A DNA stretch of 64,000 nt from Phyllobates terribilis (taxonomy: Eukaryota), in assembly GCF_046119375.1 (NCBI RefSeq), contig NW_027362769.1, positions 370,574,001-370,638,000 on the forward strand, in the 5' to 3' direction. The translations under genes were made by a program, and so were the position numbers. A model generated the notes under the pieces. It worked only from the letters and a program-made list of their open reading frames with translations, made no database searches and was not told the origin of the DNA. Positions 40,701 to 52,700 of this stretch are shown piece after piece. How positions within the stretch are numbered: the stretch's first letter is position 1; each line of letters opens with the position of its first letter.

Positions 40701-43700
40701 CTGCGTCATTGGAGGGACTTGTCAATCAATAAGTCAAAAGACGCCGCCGAGCCGACTCTTCTCCCCACTGCATGGTCTTTCTTTTCTCTTATTCTCTATC
40801 TTCTCACTGCTTTGACCCTTGTCCATAGCTTTTTCCCTTCTCCGCGGTGATCAGTCTCCTCTTCGCTGACCGGTCTTTCTCTTCTCTTCCCTGCCCGCTG
40901 ACCGGTCTCTTTCTCTTCTCTTCCCTGCCCGCTGACCGGTCTCTTTCTCTTCTCTTCCCTGCCCGCTAACCGGTCTCTTTCTCTTCTCTTCCCTGCCCGC
41001 TGACCGGTCTCTTTCTCTTCTCTTCCCTGCCCGCTGACCGGTCTCTTTCTCTTCTCTTCCCTGCCTGCTGATCGGTCTCTTTCTCTTCTCTTCCCTGCCT
41101 GCTGATCGGTCTCTTTCTCTTCTCTTCCCTGCCCGCTGACCGGTCTCTTTCTCTTCTGTTCCCTGCCCGCTGACCGGTCTCTTTCTCTTCTCTTCCCTGC
41201 CCGCTGACCGGTCTCTTTCTCTTCTCTTCCCTGCCCGCTGACCGGTCTCTTTCTCTTCTCTTCCCTGCCTGCTGATCGGTCTCTTTCTCTTCTGTTCCCT
41301 GCCCGCTGACCGGTCTCTTTCTCTTCTCCCCGCTTTCACCCTTCACCTTTTCCATAGCTCATTTTTCCAATCATGTTTTCTTTGGAATAAAGGAGCGTTG
41401 CAAGGTAACACCGTCTGTCTGTAATACCCGAACCTGTTGGGATTTCATGTTGCTCGGATGATGGGTTCCTGTACAGTCATCTCCTTATTTCCCGCCATGA
41501 GCGTTACTGCCTGTTGCAGCCGCAGTCCGCCGTCTCTCCGAGCTATGTGCTTAGGGAAACATGGCAATTGAAGCTTCTTGCACATCTTCCTTTTTCCTTT
41601 ATTTTTTTTTAAAGAGGCTTTTGATGTTACTTAAGCGACCAATTCGTCCTCTGTTCTGTCTCTGTCTCCCATCATCCACTGGCCATGTCAGTAGTCCCAG
41701 AGCCTGGCCAGCCTCCTCCTAGCTGCCAGGATCTCCAGGCGCTGCACCACGTCACCGTCATTCGCCGGATATCTGAGCAGGTAGGAGATGGTTCTTGGCG
41801 AATGTGGGCTACCAGTGTGGCCACTGGACCCGGGTCTTGCAAATCTTTTTGATTTACTCTATTCACTACTATTTTCTTTGTGATCGAATATGAAAATTGA
41901 ATCATCCTTGCAGTAGGTCTTTATTAATGTCTTTGTTTTGTGCCTACTGCTCCTGCTCTGCATTGGAGCTATGAACGCAAAACGGTAAAAATAAAATCAA
42001 GACCGTTTTTAAAGACTGAGGCTTTCTTGTTGGTTCTTAATATATAATATATATTAATTCAAATGTTTTTCTTCCTCCTTAGACGACCTCCTCAGTAACC
42101 TTGTCCGCACACCAGCCTTGTCCAAGCAGCTGAGCCAACCACCTCCGAGCCTGGAGGCCGAGAGCGAGCGAATCTGTGCCCTGGCCCTCGAGTGCCTCTC
42201 GCATCTCTTCAGTTGGATCCCCCTCTCCGCCAGCATCACCCCCTCGCTGCTCACCACAATCTTTCACTTTGCCCGCCTGGGATGTGACGCCCGGTCACGA
42301 AGGACTCACACTGTCAACAGCACCAATGCTGTCACCCTAAACGGGGGCGGCAGCAATAGCCCCCCGTTACCATTGACATTGCCAACCTCTCAGCAAGACT
42401 GTAACAGACTGGGGGTCTTAGCGATGTCCTGTATTAACGAACTGATGTGTAAGAACTGTGTTCCCCTGGAGTTCCAGGAATACCTGTTACGCGTGTGCCA
42501 GCAGACCTTCTACCTCCTGCAGAGGATCACACGGGAGACCAACGCCCACAGCGTGCGCAGCCGGCTGGAGGAGCTGGACGAGAGGTAAGGCCAGGACCCT
42601 GTCCCCATGGAGACACACAGGTCTGCAGAAGAGCTGCATACACGGATCAGGCCCAGCATGCAAACTGCTGACTGTCATGGTGGACAATATTATCTGGTGA
42701 TAATGGCGACTGTCAGGTTGGATGCTAATAGGCAGCAAGTGATCAGTCAGTGCTTGTCACGCATTGCAAGCAGGAAAAATGGGCAAGCGGAAGGATCCGA
42801 GTGGCTGACAAATGACCTATGTCTAAATGACTGTTTAAGAGTGTCTCCAAAATGGCAGGTCTAGTGGGGCGTGTCTGCTGCTATCTGGTAGGAGGTGTCG
42901 TGTGCTGCTGTGGGGGGGAATGTCTGCCATCGGGGCCTGGCTTTGTGGGGGTGGGTTGTCTGCCGCCGGGGAATGGCGTCGGGGCGGGGGTCTGCCGCCG
43001 GAGCCTGGCGTTGTGGGGGTGGGTTGTCTGCCGCCGGGGAATGGCGTCGGGGCGGGGTGGGTTGTCTGCCGCCGGGGAATGGCGTCGGGGCGGGGTGGGT
43101 TGTCTGCCGCCGGGGAATGGCGGGGGGGGGGGGTGTCTGCGCCTTGGGCATGGCGTCGGGGGGGGGGGGGGGGTTTCTGCGCCCGGGGCCTGGCGTTGGG
43201 GCGGGGTGTCTGGCACTGGGGCTGGAATTGGGGGGTAGGAGGGGGGTCTGCCGCCGGGGCCTGGCGTTTTGGGGTGTCTGCCGCTGGGGCCTGGCCGAAC
43301 TTAGTCCAAGGAAAGGCAACTGCTGATACTGTGACGGGGTGATGGGTGTCCGGGGCTCCTCAATATTTGGCGCCCATCTGATCCAGCCACACAGAAGATT
43401 GACCGTGTCCCAAACTGCTGAGAAAGTGTCGGATCCTGCAGAGAAGCATCAGACCTGGACCGTGGAGCAATGGAAGGAGGCGTCCAGTCTGATGAATTCA
43501 CATTTCCTATTCCATCATGTTACCTGGAGAAGTGATGGCCGTATGTGAACACCGATTGGCTGGCTGTAACAAAACCATAGGGGGCTGCAGAAGCCCCTGC
43601 TGTACAGAACAAGGCTCCGTAGTTAGGAAAAGCATCATTCAAAGATGGAGTAAGAGGGAATTGGGCAGGAGACGGGTCACGGACCGGGTATGGGTCGCAC

Positions 43701-46700
43701 CGCTCTTCTGCAGCCTACAGACATGCAGCAACGTCCCTCCTTGCCGACTCTTATAAGCCGCAGAGCGTTTCACTCTTACATCCCATGTTAACCTCTTCTT
43801 TCCGTCTTTACAGTTATGTGGAAAAGTTTACAGACTTCCTTCGACTCTTCGTCAGCGTCCACTTAAGGAGGATAGAGTCCAACGCCCAGTTCCCTGTGGT
43901 TGAGTTCCTGGCACTACTCTTCAAATACACCTTTCACCAGGTAACGCGGTGGTCTCGAGTGGGAGCGCAGCATTGTGACTGCACTGAACTTCGGATGCCG
44001 ACATATTGCCTCCATTGGCCCAGTATTAGATCTAGAGACCAGCCTTGGTTCAGACTCTGCGCTGGACCTGGGGAGGGGGAGTATAGCTCTGTTTAGATTG
44101 GTGAAAGAGAAACAAATGGGCTGGCGACCACAATAGATTTCTTATGGTGATAACGTATTTGTCTCTGCAGCCGACACATGAAGGTTACCTCTCGTGTCTT
44201 GACATCTGGGCGCTCTTCTTAGACTATCTAACAAACAAGATAAGAAACCGGCTAGAAGACAGAGAGACTGTTATGGGCAGGTAAGGGGGTTTCATGATCA
44301 TGTGGCTGTAAGGTTGGGGGCTTACCAGTGGACATATGAGGGGGGGGGGGGGTCACTACTGGCGGTCTAATATTTCGTCCCTCGTAGGTACGAAGACGCC
44401 CTGGTGCTGCTGCTCACCGAGGTGCTGAACCGGATCCAGTTCCGCTACAACCAGACGCAGTTGGAGGAGTTGGATGACGAGACGCTAGATGACGACGTAC
44501 GTATGGCGGTACATTCACTGCCGCTGCTGCTTTTGCACATTTGGTGCTGAAAGTAACTTACCACAGATGCCAGATATACTCTCCTGCAGTACCTAACGTG
44601 AAAGTTCTCAATTTTTTTTTGTAATTTTTTTTCTGCTGACCAGTATGTTACATCTTGCTTTACAGCAGCAGACGGAGTGGCAACGATATCTACGTCACAG
44701 CTTAGAAGTGGTAGCCAAAATCATGGAATTGCTCCCAACGCATGCCTTCAGCACTTTGGTAAATACCTGGTTGAGACACTTTATACATATCATCTTTTAC
44801 TGATTGTCTTGCTTGAGTTGTATCCTGTATTATACTCCAGAGCTGCACTCACTATTCTGCTGGTGCAGTCACTGTGTACATACATTACATTACTGATCCT
44901 GAGTTACATCCTGTATTATACTCCAGAGCTGCACTCACTATTCTGCTGGTGCAGTCACTGTGTACATACATTACATTACTGATCCTGAGTTACATCCTGT
45001 ATTATTCCCCAGAGCTGCACTCACTATTCTGCTGGTGCAGTCACTGTGTACATACATTACATTACTGATCCTGAGTTACATCCTGTATTATACTCCAGAG
45101 CTGCACTCACTATTCTGCTGGTGCAGTCACTGTGTACATATATTACATTACTGATCCAGAGTTACCTCCTGTATTACACTCCAGAGCTGCACTCACTATT
45201 CTGCATCCATACATTACCTATCCTGTATTATACTCCGGCGCTGTGCAGCTTATGTTTACAGTCCTGTCGCCCATCACTGTATAGTGCATGCCTCTCCGAT
45301 CATTTACAGACATTGAGATTTCCATTCTTGTAGACTGTTGCAAAAAAAAACAGCAAAAAACTCTTCTGTGCCATAATGGAGCCGGCGAGAGGACGTCTGG
45401 AGCCGGAGTGCACTGACTCTTTCCATTTTATTCATTTTCCGTTCTGCGGGGTTTCAGCTCTTCCATTATCTCGTCTCGGACACTTTGCATTTTCAATCCA
45501 TTTTCCAGCATGACCATTTTTGTAAATTGGACAATTTTTTTCTAATTGACCTTTTCTGAATTTCCTTTAATTTGCTTTTTTAATACTCCATTTGGGAAAC
45601 GTCTTTATTCCGGCCGGTGATTTCAGTGGTTGGGATTGTAGTAGGACATGAATATTTATCAGAGGTGGACGAGCTGTTAGTGCCCGGCAGTCCCCTTTTA
45701 TTCTATGGATTTCCTACTAAGCTGACAACATGGTGTCCTACTGCTGAGATCCCCAGCAATAAGCTGTAGTCTGCAGGGAGACAAGGGACAAGTGTCCAGT
45801 TACCCTGCAGTGACTCTGCAGGAAAAATTAAGTATTTCACAAAGTCCTCCAGAACAAGGTGCGTGCTGACTAATTCAGGTCCTGAAAGGTGTCCCTCCTC
45901 TCACCCATAAATCAGGTGTAGTGGAGTTATGACAGTTGTCAAGTTTTTCTTTTTTTTTGCTTCTTTGCAGTTCGCTGCTCTGCAGGAGAATTTGGACGTC
46001 TATCTGGGGCTGCAGCGGTGTATAGTGAACACAGGGGCAGGTATGTATCGCCGCCAACTGGTAAGACTCCCGGTATAAGATGAGCTTTAATGCTGGTTAA
46101 AGGGATGTAATAATTTTAAAGGGGTTGGCCACTTTCCAGCCAAATGTTTACAGTGCGGTTGTGCTGCAGTCACAAACGCCTTGTAGTTTTTTTTTGTTTT
46201 TTTTTTACCCCTTCACTGCATTTTAAGGCCTCCTACTGCCCACTGTTCAGGGGTATAGGGTGGCTCTTCTGTGGCCAAAGTGGCACCTGTCATGTGATTT
46301 ACTCTACTGCTTCCTCAGCTCTGCCCCCTTTTCTGCACAGGTGCCGAAGGCGTTAAAACCGCTCCCCTGCCCAGGCGCCGGAGGGGTTAAAAGCGCTCCC
46401 CTGCCCAGGCGCCGAGCGATTTCGCTGCCATTGAGAAGGATAAATAATTAGGAAGCAGTTTCACGACCGCCACAATCTTAAAGGCAGCGAAGGCTTAAGA
46501 AGTGGGGGTCAGGACACTACACTTTTAGGACACTGTAGCGTTCCACGGGTTGCAGCGGATAACTGTTATTTCTGCTCTTACAGAACAGCGTCTCAATGTG
46601 ACTGCGGAGAACGACTGTCGCAGGCTGCACTGCTCCTTGCGTGACCTCAGCTCCCTCCTTCAGGCTGTCGGCCGTCTCGCCGAGTACTTCATCGGGGATG

Positions 46701-49700
46701 TGTTCGAAGCACGCTTCAATGATGCCCTTACAGTTGTGGAAAGGTAATTGCTGATATGACACTGGCTTAAAGGGGATGTCCACTACTTTTATATTGAGAG
46801 GGTGACACCAGGAACCCCTATTAATTAGTGGTTGGATGTAATGAGCTGCACAGCCCCAACTGTATGGAGACTGCGACCAGTACTACATCTGACCTTGCTT
46901 GAATGAATGGGAGTGGTTCTGCTGTACCCCGCTGTGGCCACTATATAGTAGTCCAAGCTCTGCTGTTCCTCAACTGATCACATCCGGACGCCTCCGTCAT
47001 CTGATATTGATGACATAGCTCGATGATCATATCAAAATAGTGGACAACCCCTTTAAAGAAAAAAGCAATGCATGTACTGCAGATTACATTGACGTTTTCC
47101 TTCATCCTCTTCCTCTCTCTTCTCCACCAGATTGGTCAAAGTCACGTTATACGGCTCCGAGATCAAACCGTACAATATGGAGACTGCGGTGCCGTCAGTG
47201 CTGAAGCCGGACCTGGTGGATGTGTGAGTATTTCATCCCTGTACCATTCCTTCACCACAGATGAGGGCTTTTCTGTATTCTTGGCAGATGGCTGGCGGCC
47301 TGGCATGCTGATGTATTATTGATGAGTATAAATTACAGATCCGCCGATAGGTTTGTACATAATATCTGTGGTGTTTTCCTTTGGCAGCCATGCCCAGTCC
47401 CTGGCAGCATTACAGGCCTATTCACACTGGCTCGCCCGATTCTACAGCGAGGTGCAGCACCAGAACCCTCAGCAGTTTGTGTCTATCATATCCTCAGCGA
47501 TGGAGGCGCTACCCCCACTCATCAGCACAAAGGTGAGCCATGGTGGCAGTGGTTGGGATTAAAGTGGCGTTCCCACAAAATCCTGCAGTGCCGATCTAAG
47601 TGCTGCGATCCCTTCACATTTCCAGTGCAGTGAATGGGGGCAGCAGAGTGTACCCTTTTTTAAACATGTCTTCTGGGGGTGATCCTGAAGACCCACCCCT
47701 CCACCCTCGCTAACTTTTGAGTCTTTCTAGGTACAAGAAAAGCTGCTGCTCTCTGCTTGCCATCTGCTGGTCTCTGTGGCCACAACGGTGCGGCCCGTAT
47801 TCCTCATCAACATTCCTGCCGTCCAGAAGGTTTTCAGCCGCGTGACAGACAGCTCTGCGCAGAGACTTCCAGAGGAGGTGAGCTTTCTCATTCGTGCTCG
47901 CTGCACCCGGTGCTTTCTCATTCGTGCTCGCTGCACCCGGTGCTTTCTCATTCGTGCTCGCTGCACCCGGTGCTTTCTCATTCGTGCTCGCTGCACCCGG
48001 TGCTTTCTCATTCGTGCTCGCTGCACCCGGTGCTTTCTCATTCGTGCTCGCTGCACCCGGTGCTTTCTCATTCGTGCTCGCTGCACCGGTTCACATCAGG
48101 ACTTTTGTACTCTAGTGATGCAGCGGCCATAGTGTCCAGTTATATCTTCATGCATACATGTTAGACTGGCAGCAGCTGGGCTTGGTGCCCCTAGGGAAGT
48201 AGTTCTGATGTACGGGTACTACGATCATCCCTGAGCTGGTGGTCCCAGATACCTGTTGTCTCCATGGTGTGTTTTGCGTCCCTATGTCATGCACTAGACA
48301 TAATCAGTTTTGCATGTAGTCTTCCATTAATCTGAGCAGCCTACGAGCCCTGTCCGCACTGGCTGCATCAATCTTGTAAGATTGCAGCAGAGTCCAGCAA
48401 AAAGATTCAGAGAACTCGGGTTCAGCAGTCACTTTGGTAGTCTGTGCATACCAGACCAGAGCCTGTGTACCTGGATGAAGGGGGTGCAGAGTAGAGACCT
48501 GTGATAGGTGACTTTCTGTAATTTAGGGATTGGGGAGATGATAAACACCAGCCGCATCCACATTGACTTCGGTCTGTTTACCAAGCCTCCATCAACCTGT
48601 CTTATAATGATCCTGTCACACTCGAGATCTAGCAAGTGATTTGTGCGCTCTTGGAATATCTACATCCAACGTCTGATAATTCTATAACGATGCCCGATCC
48701 TCCATTGTAAATGATTCCTTCTCCGCCTCCTGCAGGCTCAGGTGCTGCTGTGTCGCGCTCTGTCGAACGTCCTCCTTCTCCCATGGCCAAATGTCCCGGA
48801 GGGCGAGCAGCAGTGGGCAGAGCGCTCTAGTCATCATGCCAACCTCCTGAACAGCTTGACCAGAGACTACCGCCATCTGAAGGGTACGGCGCCTCCTCAG
48901 AGGAAGGGGCAGCTCGAAGCCAGTGAGTATCCGAACTCCACCGAATCCTTGCATTCCTCTGTGATCTTGCACTACAGCACCTGTTTTTTTAATGGTTCCA
49001 TATTTTGCTCACCTACATTTCTTTATTCTACTCTTCCGTAGCCAAGCGTGTCATTTGTCAGACCCTGGGTGTGTTGAAGGACATCGTGGAGAACATCTCC
49101 GGAGAGGGCACCAAATCTCGGCAGATCTGCTACCAGTCTATGCAGGAGTCGGCTCAGCTCTCCCTCGCTCTTTTCCCAGCATACATTCACCAGTCAGGTA
49201 TGTAGATCCTGTGGTTGATGTTGTTTTGTGTTTTTTAGGAGCTGATATTCAAGTCCACTGTGATGGATTTTTGAAGGCTGCAGCCAATCGGTGGCTGCTG
49301 ATTGGCTGCAGTGGTCACATGACATTGGTTATGCTATTAGGCTGGCTGAGGAAACAGGACTCGGAGCAGCGTCGGTCGGCCCCTTTTAAGATCCAGTGAA
49401 GGGTTATGAGATTCACTTAAAGGTGTTATATCCTTTCCTTTCTTCAGGAGCACACCACTCCTCTGTCTCCTTGCCGGTGGGCAGTGCCCTCCTGAAGATC
49501 GACAGTTCGTGCTAGCGTTATGGTTGCACCACTGGTCTGAACTGTGTGTTTCGGGGAGCACAAGGGCACTGACGCTGTGGGGGGCGTGGGGATCAGGGAA
49601 TATTAAATCTCTTTAGTAGCGGGCACAGCGCAGGCTGCAGCAGTCAGCTGCTGCCTCCTGTGCCCCGCTGATCCCCTGCTGCTGCTCCCCCAGACCTCCT

Positions 49701-52700
49701 ACCACGCAGAGCCACAGTATATACAGGGAGATAGTATTCGGACTATAAGACGCACCCCCCACTTTCCTCCAAAATTTTGGAGGAAAAAAGTGCGTCTTAT
49801 AGTCCGAAAAATACGGTATCTATTTTTTAATGATCTGTACACCCTTTTAGCCCCTTAGTAGATCAACACTAATGTCTATGAATAGACCTGGTAAATACAA
49901 GCAATAGGCGATATTATCAGGGGAGTGATTTAATGTAGAAAATCCTTTTACAAAAGTAACACCTCAGTCGCGATCGCGCTGTGCCCTTGGTTCTAGCGGC
50001 CGTGTCATGTACGATAAGTAAGTGCCATGTTGTGAAATTAGAACAGGTCTCGTTGGGAGAAGGATGTGCGCTCCGTACATAAAGGGATATTCTGCTTTTT
50101 TTTTCTGGGCTGGTGGGCTACTCCGGGACTTGTCGCTTTACACATTTGTTCTTTTTGTGCACATCTGATTTTTTTTTTTTTTCTTCTTGCTTAGATGTGA
50201 CCGAGGAGATGCTCAGCTTTTTCTTGGCCTTATTCCAAGGACTCCGGGTACAAATGGGGGTGCCCTTTACCGAGCAGATTATACAGACCTTCCTCAACAT
50301 GTTTACCAGGTAACTACACCCAGCCCTACACCCATTATTATTTATCCCATGGTGATCGGGTGCTTATTATGTCACGCCGTGCCCACAGGGAGCAGCTGGC
50401 AGAAAGCATCCTGCAGGAGGGCAGCGCCGGCTGCCACGTGGTGGAGAAGTTTCTGAAGATCCTGCAGGTTGTTGTCCAGGAGCCTGGTCCAGCCTTCAAG
50501 CCTTTCCTGCCGAGTATCCTGTCCCTGTGCATGGAGCAGCTCTACCCCATCATCGCAGAGGTGAGAAGTGCTCATTGTTGAGAAGTTTTGCTCTTCTTCA
50601 ATTCTTGTTTCTTTCCATTTACTAACTTTCTGCCTATGCAGCGTCCGTCCCCCGATGTGAAAGCCGAGCTGTTCGAGCTGCTCTTCCAGCTGCTGCATCA
50701 CAACTGGAGGTATTTCTACCGAGCCTCTGTTTTAGCCAGCGTGCACCGAGAAGGGGGCGACGAACCCATGGAGAACCAGGCTCAGTTCGTCGGTGTCATG
50801 CAGGTCAGTGCTCAACTAAACCAATTCTATCTTGTCCTTCCCAAGAAGTCACCAGAACACCCCTTTAAATTCCTTTCCTCTAGACGGCATACTATTACGT
50901 CATAGTTTGAGTACTGGTATATCAGGAGCTGATCTTCCACACCACCCAACAGCAGCAACCAGAGGCTAGCTCCGATCGCTGCTGTTTTACCCCTTAAAAT
51001 GCTGCTTTCAATATGCGACAGCTGCATTTTAAGTGGTGTGTCTGTCCTGGCACCCTTCGCCCACGAAGTGATGGCGGCGTTCCAATGAAGGATTGCAGTA
51101 TATAGAAAAAGCAAATCAAATGATCCTATGGTCTAAAAAAAAAATATAAAAATTCAAATTTCCACCAGAACAATACAAATATAACTACAGCTCGATCTGC
51201 AAAAAGTGAACCCTCGCCCCCAGCTCCGGGGACGGAAAAATAAAGTTATGGGTCTTGGAAATTGGCAGCACAAACCAATTTTATGAGGATAATAATAATA
51301 AAAAAAAAAAGTTTGGTATTGTTGTTAATGAATGCTGTAGGAAAACAAAAGCACAAAAAAAAAGTCGGAATTGCATGTTTTTTTTTTTTTTAAATTTCAC
51401 TTGTAATGTACTGAAAAAAAAATTCTAAGGTGATACGAACGGTGTCATAAAAAAACTACAACTTGTCCCTAAAACGGATTGTGGTACTGCTATGTCGACG
51501 GAAAAATATAACAGTTATGGTTCCTGGAAAGAGGGGAGGGAAACAAAGTGCAAAAATGAAAATTTGCTGCAGCGGGAAGGGGTTAATGCACATCATAGAA
51601 GGATTATAATGTAACCTCCAAGAACCAGCAAAAAAAAAAGTTCTTTGTCAAATCTGTGACTGAGAATCAAGTCCTTCATCTTCTCCTATGTTTCCTGCAG
51701 GCATTTGGTCAGTCATTTCTGCAGCCAGATATTCATCTTTTCAAGCAAAACCTTGGCTATCTGGAGACCCTGAACAGCAAACACAAGTTGTACCATAAGG
51801 TGAGACGCAACGTTTAAGTCTGGGATACTCAAGGTTTCAGTCGGAGTGTAAATTCCTCCCTACACATTAGACTATTGTTGGCTGAACCCACCTTTTTTGA
51901 CTGGTTCAGAAGACTGTGAGATGACGATTGTCGGGTGAGATGACGATTGTCGGGTGAGATGACGATTGTCGGGTGAGATGACGATTGTCGGGTGAGATGA
52001 CGATTGTCGGGTGAGATGACGATTGTCGGGTGAGATGACGATTGTCGGGTGAGATGACGATTGTCGGGTGAGATGACGATTGTCGGGTGAGATGACGATT
52101 GTCGGGTGAGATGACGATCGTCGGGTGAGATGACGATCATGCATGTCCGATTTAAGTCTACCAATCATTTTGTTCTCCCAGACTTAAACCGCTGGCCGAC
52201 AGTCGACAGCTTTCTCATAGAGCACACAGGAGCGCTCAGCCTTTGTATGGGAAAGGTGGCCAAGATGACTGGTGGACGACAATGTGTATGGTGGTCTTAA
52301 ATGTAGAAGAGCCACTTGTCAGAAGTTTTGATGTGGGGCGGGATTATGTTTTGAGATCCCACTGATCACTAAAACTAAGGAGAAGAGATCAACCGGTAGC
52401 TGTTGTCCTTCAGCACTGAAGAGCGTCTTAATAAAAAGTTTTTTGACTCCGTCTTTAGTCTGAGGAGAGCGCCCCCTTCACTAAAGCAAAGGATGAGAAG
52501 CCATGTGGGGGGGGACAGCGCACTGATTAATACTGATTAAAACTGATGATATGTCACTAGGATATTTTTAAGTTTTCAGTTTTTTTTCTGGGAGGGAAGA
52601 AACTACTTGTAAAAAGAAACCGTTTTGAGCAAGTTTAGAATCTTTCCTCATCCCTTGTTGCGATGTGTAAAATTTTTCAGGCCGCGTTGGGGGCCTCAGT

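Noticed and set aside
40851-41355. R/K/E-rich minus-strand ORFs resembling NLS-rich or SR proteins
   Set aside because: An artefact of the 34-bp pyrimidine-rich repeat inside XPO6 intron 6.
42852-43342. Gly/Pro-rich ORFs on both strands in intron 7
   Set aside because: A G-rich low-complexity repeat with no splice context or domain signature.
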